A stretch of 64,000 bases of DNA from Savitreella phatthalungensis (lineage: Eukaryota), in contig AP039699.1 in the NCBI GenBank assembly GCA_051599415.1, positions 62,001 to 126,000 on the forward strand, in the 5' to 3' direction. The notes under the pieces were generated by a model, which saw nothing but the letters and a program-made list of their open reading frames with translations, did no database searches and had not been told where the DNA came from. Made by a program: the position numbers and the translations under genes. This document shows positions 10,678-21,621 of the stretch, in pieces; the stretch's first letter is position 1, and the number at the start of each line of letters is the position of its first letter.

Positions 10678-11998
10678 CCTGCACTTGAAGACACAGATCC
10701 TCAGGAGTACGAATATCCTGTCCCGAAGCGACTTTCACTTTTGTCTCGCCGTTGACTCGCTGGAAGATAGAACAAGCAACGAGGGTCCGTCTCGGCGACT
10801 CGCCCCTCGATGCCGTACGACAGTTCTGAGAGACAAGGACAGTGAGCCCGAACTGACATCGACAAGGTATAGACTAAGGGTCGCGATGTTCGACAGGTTG
10901 GCAGTCTTTTGATAGGTTGACTCCATTTAGCTTGCAGGTAAATATTTCTTTGTTGGCTCAGAGCGGAAATCTGAAAAAGGAACGCGTTTGAAGAAGCTGC
11001 CTGGTCTGCCAAAGGCGTTGGCTTTGTCCAGTGCATATGGATGAAGCTGCGCTGCACCATCCTGACCATGAAGAAGCGTCCAGCAGCATCGTGCTGTTGA
11101 CGCGTCAAGGACAGTCCCGAATATTCGATGGGATGATCTCAACAGCATCAGTGTTAGCGCTGCAATCGACGTGAGTTTAAATGGTGCGCCGGGCCTGCTG
11201 ATTATTCAGATTTTAGCATACACTCTTCACACACGACCAGCCAGTAGAGAGTCATGATAGAATCGGGTCTCCCGGGGACCCAGGACTAGTGTCGATGATC
11301 GCGGCGCGTGTTTCAGTGTATTCTGAGCTGTCGTAGGCCAGAAAAGGTTGAACGGCAGGCGTCGTCAGCGTAGACTTTTTCATGGACAGATGGTGTAAAG
11401 AAATGTTGTACGGGTGGCTACAAAGGAAATTGAATTCGGGAGTTTGCATTACAGTTGCTCGAACTTCATCGACCAAGACAGACTACCAGAGACGGTGAAA
11501 GTGGAGAAGCAGTCTTCTGGTTCAGTGGCACAAAAGCTGGACACGAAGCATGCGCGATGCTTGTCCCGGACTTCATCCCAAATGATTGCTGTTGTATCAA
11601 GGACCATGACCGTCTTCCATGGGAAGCGCTCCCATTCTCTGATCTGTTCGATTGACTTACTCTCGGAGCTCGACGTCCATGGAAGATACAACCCTACTAC
11701 TACACATGTCCGTGAGTGCCCGTACGTGCAGCTGAAGCATCAGCTGTGCAAATATGTACGTACTATATATAGTATACTATGTATAGCTAACTGCATGCAC
11801 TCGATTCAAATACTGTATACATATATTATCAAGTAAACGTACGAGGCCGGGTGTACAGCAGCAGTATATAGCCAGCTGCGCTTAATTACGACTTTGAAAT
11901 TTTATAAAAATTAAAGAGTCTACTGAAATCTCCAAGCGAAGCTCATTGCAACAGTTTAAATGATTAAGTCAGATTTGAGTAACGTTAGAATTTAATTC

Positions 11999-12032
11999 TA
12001 AAGTCGAAACACCTAATATTGATCACCTTTAA
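11999..12032 (+). repeat. Left terminal inverted repeat core
   Basis: taaagtcgAAacacctaATattgatcacctttaa versus the reverse complement of the right copy, taaagtcgCTacacctaGAattgatcacctttaa. Confidence 0.85.
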
Positions 12033-12109
12033 CTTCGCGCAGAAAATAAAGACGCGTCGAACACGTCACCACCTACCTTCAAGACAGCCTACTGCCTCTC
12101 CTAGCGCCT

Positions 12110-13876
12110 ATGGACGCGCTCTGCCGTGAGGCATGCCTCCAGGCAGCCTTGAACCACTACGCTGCTCGAAGAGACGGCAAAAAACCGTCTCTCCGTGATG
12201 CTGCAGCAGAATACAGCGTTTCACCCTCTACTTTGAGGCATTGGCTGCAGAATGGCAATAGGACTGCCTCAGAGGCCGCCAGAGAGCGCCAAAAGCTGAC
12301 AGAAACACAGGAGAAGGCCATAGTAGAGATGCTGCACAGAAGGGCTGCAGTAGGCTATCCTATGACTCCTATGGAGGTCACCAACCTAGCAGATAAGTTT
12401 TTCGAATCTCGCGGCAGCACAGTGCACCTCGGAATGCGCTGGTTTCCTTCCTTCAAATTACGCCATCCTGACATCCACACAGTGCGCAGCAATCGCATTG
12501 ACCACAGCCGCATGTACGCGGTGGATTCAGCCACTGTGGACGCCTATTTCAAGATCCTAGGCGCCTATCTTCGAGAGGAAGCGATCCTGCCTGAGGATAT
12601 CTGGAATGCTGACGAATCTGGCCTCATGATGGGCCGTTCCCAGTCCTCCCAGGTGGTGATTCCGCTGCAGCAGAAGGGTAAGAAGCGCGCTGTGGCAGCA
12701 GACAATGGAGATCGCGAAACAGTCAGCTGCATGGCCTGCATTTCTGCTGCAGGTGCTCATTTACAGCCAGTTCTGGTGTTCAGGCGGTCCGAGGCGAAGA
12801 GGCAGGCCTGTGGTAAGGCTGTGGAGGCAGGGCTGGCGCCTCCTGATGAGGCGAAGTACCTAGGCACGCCTGGAAACGCTGTACGCGTGTTTCACTCGAA
12901 AAACGGCTTCCTCACGTCCCAGTTAATCGTCCAGTGGCTACAGGAGGTCTTCCTGCCTGCCACAGCGCGAGATCCACCGAGGACGCGCGTCCTAGTGATC
13001 GATGGCGCCTGCGCCCACGCCACCCACGAGGTCATGTACGAATGCGCGAAAAATGGCGTCAAACTCGTCTACCTGCCTGCTCACAGCTCCCACCTCACAC
13101 AGCCGCTTGACCTAGCTGTATTCTCGCCTCTGAAGAACTACTATGGGCAGGCAGTAAGGGTTCTTAGCCACAGGCTAGCAGGCAGGCCCTGGGGACGCGA
13201 AGAATTCATCTCGATCTTTCTAGGCGCCTGGGGCAAGGCGCTGACGCGGCAGAACATCACCTCAGGCTTCAGGCAAGGCGGTATCTGGCCCTATGATCCA
13301 CAGGCAGTGCGCCGAAGCCTGCTCTCTTACAACAATTCAGTCGAATCTGCCTCGGAAGCTGCGAAAAGGCCAGAAAGGCCTGCCTTGGCCACCCTGACCA
13401 CCAATGCAGCCAATACACTGCCTAAATCGGTCAAAGCGACACGCGCAACACTGCAGGCAGCTGGAAAAGAGAGATACAAGGTGCTAGAGCTAGCACTTGC
13501 AGAGAATGCGCGAAAAGATCGCCTCATTGATGAACTGAAGACTGCTGCAGAACAGCTCCAGTTCATGATCGCCGATAGGGACGAGACTATAGCAGCCCTG
13601 CAGGCCAAGGCCTCGCGTCCTAGGGCAGCCTTCAAGGCACAGCAGCTGGCTAGAGGAGTGGACTGGCTAAAAGGACTGCTCGGCAAAGACTACACAGATA
13701 TGAGGTGGCACTGGATTGCAGCGAAAGCGAGGGCTGCTAAAATTGAGCCTAGAGCATGGATAGAGGCACAGGACCAAGCTACCTTACTTTCAGAGCTAGC
13801 GCTGGTGATTCCATCGAATAGCGAGCAATCTACGGAGAAGGTGCCTTCGAAGAGGCGACAAAAAAAACGTGTGTGA
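12110..13876 (+). CDS. Fot1/pogo-family transposase (HTH-psq, HTH_Tnp_Tc5/CENP-B, DDE_1)
   Basis: HTH SLRDAAAEYSVSPSTLR; catalytic residues in WNADESG, LVIDGACAH and QPLDLAVF with DD35D spacing; C-terminal basic NLS KRRQKKR. Confidence 0.95.
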   Translation: MDALCREACLQAALNHYAARRDGKKPSLRDAAAEYSVSPSTLRHWLQNGNRTASEAARERQKLTETQEKAIVEMLHRRAAVGYPMTPMEVTNLADKFFESRGSTVHLGMRWFPSFKLRHPDIHTVRSNRIDHSRMYAVDSATVDAYFKILGAYLREEAILPEDIWNADESGLMMGRSQSSQVVIPLQQKGKKRAVAADNGDRETVSCMACISAAGAHLQPVLVFRRSEAKRQACGKAVEAGLAPPDEAKYLGTPGNAVRVFHSKNGFLTSQLIVQWLQEVFLPATARDPPRTRVLVIDGACAHATHEVMYECAKNGVKLVYLPAHSSHLTQPLDLAVFSPLKNYYGQAVRVLSHRLAGRPWGREEFISIFLGAWGKALTRQNITSGFRQGGIWPYDPQAVRRSLLSYNNSVESASEAAKRPERPALATLTTNAANTLPKSVKATRATLQAAGKERYKVLELALAENARKDRLIDELKTAAEQLQFMIADRDETIAALQAKASRPRAAFKAQQLARGVDWLKGLLGKDYTDMRWHWIAAKARAAKIEPRAWIEAQDQATLLSELALVIPSNSEQSTEKVPSKRRQKKRV

Positions 13877-13888
13877 AATTGATTAATC

Positions 13889-13922
13889 TTAAAGGTGATC
13901 AATTCTAGGTGTAGCGACTTTA
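13889..13922 (-). repeat. Right terminal inverted repeat core
   Basis: Reverse complement matches 11999-12032 at 30/34 positions; starts 12 nt after the transposase stop. Confidence 0.85.
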
Positions 13923-14424
13923 TATAAATTACATGTATCTGCAACTAGGGCTGAGAAGAATTCTGACTGAAACACGAGCACGTGCTTATCGAGGATTTCA
14001 ACCTGTACGTCCATTGACCGTCCATCAACGCTCTCCTTCACTCTACTACAGTATACTCGCCAAGTCAGACATGCTCTAGCGTAGGGACTTTGTTACAATC
14101 TTAGCAGCAAACAAAACAATTATCTACGATCAACGTATCCTATTCTGCTATTATCCGCGACACAGCTGCCAGGCCTCGCAAGTTTCCTTTTGTTGTCAGG
14201 CAGAGTCCTGCCCTCTCGTCCGCCCCCCGGGAGCTAAGAGCTAAGCAGCTCGAACCACTCACGATCCCAAGCATCCCTTGCTTAATCCCGCCTGAATTTG
14301 AGAGAAGCCCCGACAGTGCTGTAGACAAAGTTCAGCATACAACGAATCTTTAGTCGAGGCTGAAGTGCGGCAGTACTCATCTGAAGCTCCTTCCACAGCA
14401 GCTTCATCTCTGGCCTCCAGCATC

Positions 14425-15951
14425 ATGTCTGATCTCAAGAGACCAGTTCGGCAAGACTATGTGCTTCGCATTCGCTACCAAAACACCTTACCTCCACCAC
14501 CATTCGACCCGAAGCTGCTCAAACTACCGGATTATACCACGAAATATCTTTCCGCGAGCTTCCTTTCTCAGCTCGTCCAAGAGCGTCCTCCAAATATGGA
14601 TGTCGACGTCGAGTTAGGCATGCCAATCGACCTCTCGCGCTATGCATCAGTGTTTGAGGGAGACGATTCTATGCTGTACGCGCCAGAAGTGCCGCAAGAG
14701 CTTGATCCACGCGACAAACGTCTGCTTGTGTCTGTCGACGGACCCTCCACGTCTCTTGCAGGGACATCGTCGCCAGCCTATGGCTCGTTGCATGCGCACA
14801 CCACAAATGGCGCAGCTCACCCCGCCGCTAACGGCAACAGTATAGGCTCAATCACTGCAAGTGGCCAAAAGGACTTCGCCTATCTGCGGCGCACACAATA
14901 TATCTCCTCCGAGATCGCGCTTACTGCCGGAAGTGCCCAGCAGCAGAAGCGCCAGCGGGATGAGCTCGCTCGGCAGAGACGATTAGCTGAAGAGCAGCGC
15001 AAACGCGACCTGGATCCCGAGCGCCAGATTCAGGCAGTTGACGCTATGTTCGCTGCCGCTAATACTCCTTTGTCCACTTTGAAGCATCCTGCCGCGGGAC
15101 GGGACCGTGCTCATCTGACTGCTGTCGAGGCGTTTCAGATCCTGCCAGACAGTCATTACTCGGCGCTCGAATTCGTTAACGTGAAGTACCAGAGTGACCC
15201 AGCACCACGCGATTTCACCGATGCAGTCCCGCGCCTGCAGTCAGCACTGATCGTGCCAAGAGTGCTCGAATCTGGCGATGAATACCTCAGCTACTTCTTG
15301 CCTGATGACGCTGACAATGCGCATCAACTGTGCACCGCGAACAACAAAGTTGCAGAGCGACAGACGCGCAAGCGAGCACACATTGAGGTCGATCCCAGTG
15401 ACGACGACGCAGCTGATGGCAGCGATGCTGTTGAATCTGTAAACGCGGACTTTGCTGCTGTGCGTGACTACGATGCAGTGCGCAATCAGAACGCTGACGA
15501 TTATGCCATCGTTCTCGATTCGCAAGCTCGAGAGGCGCGCTACGTACAGCTCGAGTCCCGCATGACGATGCGCTCTCGCCGTGCTGCAGCCGCAGGGAAA
15601 GCTGCCGGTGGCGGTCGTCCACGCGAGCTCTACAAGCTGACCCTCCGCAATCCTACTCAGGAGGAGATTGTCCAATTGGAGACACGAGCGTGGCGTTGGG
15701 GCACGCCCGAGCAGGCTGCGAAATGGCACGAGCAAGAACATCAGCGGCAGGTTGATGAGGCAACAGCCTTGGAGGCTGCAGAAAATGCCGGCGACGAGAA
15801 TGCCAACACGGAGACAAATACGGCGCGCTTGGATGATGTGCCTGGGAATGACGACGGAGATGACGACGACTTGGATGACGAGGATGCGCCTGTGCCCGGG
15901 AACGCCAGCGGCGATGGCGACGGCGATGAATCGTCCATAGACGAGGAATAA
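14425..15951 (+). CDS. PAF1: RNA polymerase II-associated factor Paf1
   Basis: RQDYVLRIRYQNTLPPPPFDPKLL, DVELGMPIDL, LDPRD, YLRRTQYIS and an acidic tail; first ATG at 14425. Confidence 0.95.
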   Translation: MSDLKRPVRQDYVLRIRYQNTLPPPPFDPKLLKLPDYTTKYLSASFLSQLVQERPPNMDVDVELGMPIDLSRYASVFEGDDSMLYAPEVPQELDPRDKRLLVSVDGPSTSLAGTSSPAYGSLHAHTTNGAAHPAANGNSIGSITASGQKDFAYLRRTQYISSEIALTAGSAQQQKRQRDELARQRRLAEEQRKRDLDPERQIQAVDAMFAAANTPLSTLKHPAAGRDRAHLTAVEAFQILPDSHYSALEFVNVKYQSDPAPRDFTDAVPRLQSALIVPRVLESGDEYLSYFLPDDADNAHQLCTANNKVAERQTRKRAHIEVDPSDDDAADGSDAVESVNADFAAVRDYDAVRNQNADDYAIVLDSQAREARYVQLESRMTMRSRRAAAAGKAAGGGRPRELYKLTLRNPTQEEIVQLETRAWRWGTPEQAAKWHEQEHQRQVDEATALEAAENAGDENANTETNTARLDDVPGNDDGDDDDLDDEDAPVPGNASGDGDGDESSIDEE

Positions 15952-15984
15952 GCGCGCATCAATGCATTGTTATTACTATCGGTA

Positions 15985-17466
15985 TCACGCTTTTAGCTTT
16001 GTTTCTTCAGTTTGCGCATTCTGTTGCACCTGAAAGCCTGCTGGGACCCACGCGGATGGCTGCCCTTCTCGATTGACGGTGATGGCCATGACCTTGTAAG
16101 CCTTGCCCATGCCCATCGATTCATTTGTCAAGCGCTCGTATGCCTTGGCGACGCGCTCCTTTGCTTCTGCGGTTCTCGCTGCACGGGCGAGTATCGTCGC
16201 TCTGGGGCCGATACCCATAGCATGTAGCCAGGCTGATTGTGTGACAGGACCATGCACAGTCACAGACTTTGCCGAGGATAGAGCTTCCCGCTTGATGCCT
16301 TCGAAATCAACATCGACAGACAAATCTGCCTGCCCGGGCTGATCGAACGGGGAAACGATCTTGTGCTTTCTAATTGCGCGCAGTGTATCAATCGGAATCG
16401 TGGTCGCTGGACCGTAGTCGATGATGAGTATGCTCCCACCCTGGTTCGGTTGATCGAGCATCTCTGTGAGCTGTCGCACGATCGACAAAGCTTCCGGACT
16501 TATCTCAACTCTGGCCGGCGGGCTCAACTTTGTGTAGCGTTCAGCCTGCAGAAGTGTTGTCGAGTGCGGCGTGGCACGATTTGCCCGCGTCAAATGAAAT
16601 GTTGGTGGAATGTTTCCACTGGAGACCACTTCAGAGCCTGACCTTGTATCGTGTATCGAAGGCGCAGGTAGGATGATTGAAGACTGCTTTGTATCGACCA
16701 GAAGTTCCCGCCAGCCATGCTTCGTCGCCTCAAACGCATGAATGGGCAATGCGTCAAAGAATTCATGCGCAACCACAAGTGCGCTGCTCCCATCGCCCCG
16801 TGGGACAGACTTTATGTCGTAGTGCCAGTAAATCGTGACATCGTCAAACTTGCTCTGTGCTCCTGTGACGGTGCGGGATCCGGAAGGAGAAGATTGCGGC
16901 AAATCTGCATCGAAGAACTTATTGTCCTGGCCGCATAGCTTCTGCCGCTGTATTTCTCTTAACCGGTCACTGGCCTCGATGAGATGAATTTCTTTAACGC
17001 AGGCAGCGAAGTCCGTGAATTGCATTGCGGCACGCAAGGCATCGTCAAGAAGCGTTCCTTTACCAGGCCCGAGTTCAACAAGGGACACCTGCTGAGGTTG
17101 CCCCATGTTGAGCCATTCCGTGATGAAGTGAATGCCGACGAGCTCACCAAACATCTGTGAGATCTCCGGGGAGGTGACAAAGTCGCCTTTCGCACCAAAC
17201 GGCTCCTGCCGGGAATAATATCCAGACTCTGGGTTTGTGAGACACTGTCGCATATAATTAGCTAAAGTCAATGGACCTGTTGTCTTGATGATCTCGGATA
17301 GGTCAAAAGCGAGTTGTTGAGACGAGTCCTTCGCTTTGATGGCTATGTGACGTCGATTGAGACGAAAGAGATTGCTTGAGACGAATGCTGGTTTCGAGCG
17401 TTGCAAGCACGCTTGGCATCCTAACGACCATATTCTGTGAAGCGGCTCACCGCGGCTATAGAGCAT
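15985..17466 (-). CDS. NDUFAF7: Mitochondrial protein arginine methyltransferase NDUFAF7/MidA
   Basis: YMRQCLTNP.SGYY, GDFVTSPEISQMFGEL, VELGPGKGTL, AHEFFDALP, DYG, PGQADLSVDVDF. Confidence 0.95.
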   Translation of the reverse strand: MLYSRGEPLHRIWSLGCQACLQRSKPAFVSSNLFRLNRRHIAIKAKDSSQQLAFDLSEIIKTTGPLTLANYMRQCLTNPESGYYSRQEPFGAKGDFVTSPEISQMFGELVGIHFITEWLNMGQPQQVSLVELGPGKGTLLDDALRAAMQFTDFAACVKEIHLIEASDRLREIQRQKLCGQDNKFFDADLPQSSPSGSRTVTGAQSKFDDVTIYWHYDIKSVPRGDGSSALVVAHEFFDALPIHAFEATKHGWRELLVDTKQSSIILPAPSIHDTRSGSEVVSSGNIPPTFHLTRANRATPHSTTLLQAERYTKLSPPARVEISPEALSIVRQLTEMLDQPNQGGSILIIDYGPATTIPIDTLRAIRKHKIVSPFDQPGQADLSVDVDFEGIKREALSSAKSVTVHGPVTQSAWLHAMGIGPRATILARAARTAEAKERVAKAYERLTNESMGMGKAYKVMAITVNREGQPSAWVPAGFQVQQNAQTEETKLKA

Positions 17467-18015
17467 TCCGAAAGATCTCCGGGCAATCAGTGCGTCCTCA
17501 AATCTCGCGTATTGATAGAACGTGGAGGCGTCCTAAGACTCGATGCGTTGGCCCTGAGCTCACCTACCAGGCGCTCTCGTAGCCGGTGACATGTGACATC
17601 GTGCGGTGATAAATCCTCATCGGCTCCGCAATATGCACGCGTACGAACGGTTTTCTTAGTGTGAGAAGAGCCAGGGAGCTATACGTCTGATTACACATCT
17701 CTCGGATAATCATTGTGACAAGTCGCAATAAGGACTATGCGGCAACACGCGGTCGCTCATAATCTTCGGTCCATCAGTCATCTTGTAACTTAGATTCAGG
17801 TCGCCAGAGCGCGTGCTCACGCTGGTGACTTGCACTCTCTGACAGTCGCCTGCACATCGCTTCGTGTTCATCTTTCGTCAGGGCCGCCACTGCAGCTCAA
17901 GAGCTCAATGGACCCACGTTGTCTATGGAAAAGTCGCATCGAAACGAACGTGGGCGGCCCAGTTTGCCAGCTGAAAAGTTGATTGAACGGTTGCCATGCC
18001 TCGTAGAAATGGCCT

Positions 18016-18388
18016 TCAACCGAAGGCCGGCGCGAGTGAGTACGACAGATTCAAAGTATCGTCTGATTCATAGCACTGCAGCGTGTCAGTCTGTATGCTA
18101 GACGTTGGTCTGGGCTGCACAAACCCTCCAGAGATTTCCGAGCGATTCGTCTGTAGCTGGTATGAAAGACATGTCAACATAGCAGAAGATGCTCTCCGGT
18201 TCGCCGCGTTTCAATAAATTGCGCAACAGGTCGACTGCCTCGCCGAAGCTCGCACCCGAATGAAGCTTGTAAATTTGTTGACGAAGGATTGGTGCTCTAG
18301 CAATCGGCCTGAAGCGAATAGTGACCTCTCGCGCTGTGGCCTCACCTCCTGCGTCCAAATAAGCTGCAACAGTGGCCGACCAAGTCAT
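18016..18388 (-). CDS. ATG12: Ubiquitin-like autophagy protein Atg12; exons 18388-18125 and 18075-18016
   Basis: VTIRFRPIARAPIL and FCYVDMSFIP; the 49-nt intron 18124-18076 (GTTTGT...CTGAC...CAG) gives the C-terminus CYESDDTLNLSYSLAPAFG*; start codon uncertain. Confidence 0.9.
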
Positions 18389-18696
18389 ACAGTAGCACTC
18401 AAGCGTCAGTTCACCCAGTCACACCGCTTCACACCATACGCGTCTGACTTGAGCATCAGCTCACGCATCTAAATTGACACACATTCGCGCGCATGCTGTC
18501 ACTCGATGCGATGACTCAATTGGCTCCCCCCCGAGATTGATCTGAATAATATCACACAGACGTACCAAGGTCAAGACATGTTAAGATGTGACAATGAAAA
18601 GGTCCATTGAGCATACGGGCACGACAAGTGTGGACTAGCTATCCACACTGCTGGTTGGATCTGCATATGGCTCACGAATAATACTCCGCTGAGAGC

Positions 18697-20415
18697 ATGG
18701 ACGACGCGTCAGCGGCGGCAGGGCTCGCTCGACAGAGTGTCGATGACCTCGATCTTGATATCGATGCTCTGGAGCAGGAAACGAAATTTCTCCTGGACCG
18801 GAGGCATACAGGGTATGTAGCCCCGTTTGCGGAGCTTGAGAGCTCGTGGCGCAAGCTGAATTGGGAGTTGATAGAGCTCATGCGCAGCCCTCGCCTGGGC
18901 ACGGACCAGTTGCAGAGTTGTATTGAGCGCGTCCGCGTCATCGTCCGCTACTGTATGCTTGCTTTTACCCAATCGCAGGCCGCTCGGAGCCATGGCGCCT
19001 CGAATAATCTGCAGATACCACTCATTTACTTCGGTAGGCAAGAAGAGAAGCTTTGCTACTCCGCGCTGGCTAACCTTGCGGAGCAGAATAGTGCATCTGC
19101 ACCTGCACTGCTTCGCGCGGTGCTTCGTGAGCGGGCGAATACTGAGTTTTACAACGGGGAGCTTACCCTACCAGTCGTTGCCTTCTATCGTAACTGTCTG
19201 GCCAATTTTCGTCGGGAACGAACGACTGATGGTCTTGATGACGAACACGACAATCCGCAGGATATGACCGACTGGGAAGTGTTACGAGACCTCATGCTAG
19301 CGAATATGTGCACCGGAAAAGAGCTGTTCTTTATGCTTCAGCAAAGTCATCGGCGCAACGACTCGAATGATCGCAGATTTGAATTACTGCTTGACATCAT
19401 CGCTGTTTATGAGGAACGCGGTAAATTTGGTCACGTCGTGACCAGACTGGCAGCGGCAGATAGCCACGATATGACAGAGGCCGTGATATGGGACCAGATG
19501 CATGTGAGATTCGAAGCCTTGCGCTACGTCGATGCTCTCTTGAGCAAGAGCACGCACGTCCATCGACACACCCTCGCAGTTCTGCCGGGCAAGATTCTAG
19601 ACGAATTTCTAAAGGTTGACAAGTGGGCGCTTGAATGTGGCCGTCAAAACGAGCACGTCTATCGGCTGCTATGGCAGTCGATTGCGCTGATACTTTCATC
19701 GCTAGCGGCAATTTGTCTCAACCCTGAATGTAAGCTTGACTGTCGCGGCAATCCCGACAGACAAGCATTTGAGGACTGGGACGATCGTGATCTTCGGGAA
19801 GTCGCGCTCGTCAACATTGTTGAGACGCTCGCAAGGACGGAGGGCTTGATGGGCACGAGTTTTGCGACACCGCGACATGGTTCGAGGACATATGTACGCA
19901 AGGCTGGCTCAGAGCCACGCGAGCCATTCGATTATCGCTTGGCAGAGAATCGTCAACGATATTTCCGAGAGAATGTTTGGAGCAGTCGCAGGCCTCACTC
20001 CAAGCCCGTCGAGCTCTTTGAGGATACGGCTGATCTGCTTGCGCTCAAGCGCGACTGCCTGGTAGTCATCACAAATCTTGTCGCTGGCAAGCCCGGCATG
20101 CAAGACGCTTTGCGTGAGGAAGGAGGCCTGCCTCTTATCATGACACAAGGGAAGCTGGCGGAGGATTTACCGACGCTTCAACAGCATGCCGTGTTCTGTC
20201 TCTACAATGCACTCGAATATAATGAGGCATCACAGCGAGAAATTGAGGGCATGAAGCCGGAAGCTGTCATGGACAACCCGATTTTGAGGCAAGCCGGATT
20301 CCAGGCATTCCTCGACTCGCAAGGAAGACCGCGGCTGCGACGAATTGATGGTCTGAACTTTCCAGACGGTAGCACTGTCTCCTCAGACTTTGGCCGCTTT
20401 TCAGAGCTGGCCTGA
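18697..20415 (+). CDS. CTR86: Ataxin-10 / Ctr86-like armadillo protein
   Basis: C-terminal Atx10 homology domain LKRDCLVVITNL...QDALREEGGLPLIM...QQHAVFCLYNALEYNEASQ. Confidence 0.8.
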   Translation: MDDASAAAGLARQSVDDLDLDIDALEQETKFLLDRRHTGYVAPFAELESSWRKLNWELIELMRSPRLGTDQLQSCIERVRVIVRYCMLAFTQSQAARSHGASNNLQIPLIYFGRQEEKLCYSALANLAEQNSASAPALLRAVLRERANTEFYNGELTLPVVAFYRNCLANFRRERTTDGLDDEHDNPQDMTDWEVLRDLMLANMCTGKELFFMLQQSHRRNDSNDRRFELLLDIIAVYEERGKFGHVVTRLAAADSHDMTEAVIWDQMHVRFEALRYVDALLSKSTHVHRHTLAVLPGKILDEFLKVDKWALECGRQNEHVYRLLWQSIALILSSLAAICLNPECKLDCRGNPDRQAFEDWDDRDLREVALVNIVETLARTEGLMGTSFATPRHGSRTYVRKAGSEPREPFDYRLAENRQRYFRENVWSSRRPHSKPVELFEDTADLLALKRDCLVVITNLVAGKPGMQDALREEGGLPLIMTQGKLAEDLPTLQQHAVFCLYNALEYNEASQREIEGMKPEAVMDNPILRQAGFQAFLDSQGRPRLRRIDGLNFPDGSTVSSDFGRFSELA

Positions 20416-20501
20416 TGAATGTTCGGATGGAGGTTAAGCATATTAGAATGGAAATACAGAAGGACATCTATGCATGCATGGTCAAGGGCAGTGCTTATTT
20501 C

Positions 20502-20915
20502 TCATCCTGCGGCTTGAGGGGCGTCGTACTCGATGCCAGCCTGGCCTGTATTTCTCACGACACCGGTGTCGAGCTCTGTCTCCTTGCTTTCCGTCTGGGG
20601 CTGCATTGCATCGACGCCGATGTGCTCTCGTATAGCGGAGCGCTCAAGCTGTCTGTACTCGCGCTGCTGCTCCTTTGTAGCCATCTGCTGTGGACTCATG
20701 TCGGCGACCTGGTCAGGCGAGATTCCACCAGACAGAACTGCATCATGGAATTCTTGATTTGACTTTAGATTGGCAACCTTTGACCGTATCTCATTCTTGT
20801 ATGCTGCGGTATTCCCTGCGGTGTGCTCATGAATCGCCTGCTCGACCTGTTGAGCGAGTTGTGTATCGTCATTGAGAGTCTTTGCAAGCACATTGACACA
20901 GTTCTCACGCGACAT
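20502..20915 (-). CDS. Small protein with only a TFIIS central (TFIIS_M) domain
   Basis: RENCVNVL...AQQVEQAI...YKNEIRSKVANLK.N...VLSGGISPDQVADMSPQQMA; no zinc ribbon; first ATG at 20915. Confidence 0.7.
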   Translation of the reverse strand: MSRENCVNVLAKTLNDDTQLAQQVEQAIHEHTAGNTAAYKNEIRSKVANLKSNQEFHDAVLSGGISPDQVADMSPQQMATKEQQREYRQLERSAIREHIGVDAMQPQTESKETELDTGVVRNTGQAGIEYDAPQAAG

Positions 20916-21377
20916 GACTTGCTGAACGTCGTGAGTCTTATACGCTGGCTGCCTGGGAAAACCGCACAAGTCTATCTACGGTTCTGGTGGCTGTCGACCA
21001 TCAGGCTCGAGGTATGACGTATGCACGTGTATTATCAGTTATGCGACCCATGGCATATGCTCTCCATCTGCAGCTAGGAATGAACACATATATTGAAGTC
21101 CAAGTCCATAGTACGTAGATATAATTTAATTACATATAAATTATACGATATTCAAAAGTATAAATTTATATATAAACATGCCTGTATACGTCTGAATGAA
21201 TTCTGCGTCAAAATGCCGTGTACACGTACGTATGTATTGATCAAATCTTGCTTTCAATTTGAATGCTTGGATAAATTGAGAATCTCTCATGATACATACA
21301 ATATTATTTATACGATTTAAACATATACCTAGCTACCTAGCTAGGTCCGTCTTTATATGCTGATTGATTGATGATTG

Positions 21378-21415
21378 ACGCGTAAATTGCATTTGGAACG
21401 CCAATTTTGACGCGC
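21378..21415. promoter_or_regulatory. MCB cell-cycle boxes upstream of POL1
   Basis: ACGCGT at 21378-21383 and ACGCGC at 21410-21415, about 210-245 nt upstream of the POL1 ATG; MBF control of replication genes is established in yeasts. Confidence 0.65.
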
Positions 21416-21621
21416 CAAATTTGTCTCCAACTGCAACTGCAACCACGGCCGTAACCCTCTTTACAAGTCTCTATACATACGTACGCTATTGAGCAGAAGC
21501 AGCTGTTGAGTCTTCCAAGTGCGTCCGAGCTTTTGAACTTGCTAGACCATCGATTGGAAGCCTGCATATGGCTCAGTCGATATCCGCTTAGCCCTACTGA
21601 AAGCCCCCTTCATCGGCAAGC

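Larger units (their letters stand above)
11999..13922 (+). mobile_element. Fot1/pogo-type Tc1/mariner DNA transposon with imperfect TIRs
   Basis: 34-bp inverted repeats at 11999-12032 and 13889-13922 (30/34 identical) flank the transposase ORF; the exact outer ends are uncertain. Confidence 0.85.

Noticed and set aside
11750..11830. AT-rich palindromes (e.g. tactatatatagta) and the similar AT island at 21090-21330
   Set aside because: Low-complexity TA-rich intergenic DNA yields palindromes by chance
14140..14345. GC-rich hairpins and an RNase P/MRP CR-V-like string (ACAAAGTTCAGCATAC)
   Set aside because: No complementary CR-I/P4 partner found upstream; more likely PAF1 promoter or 5' UTR
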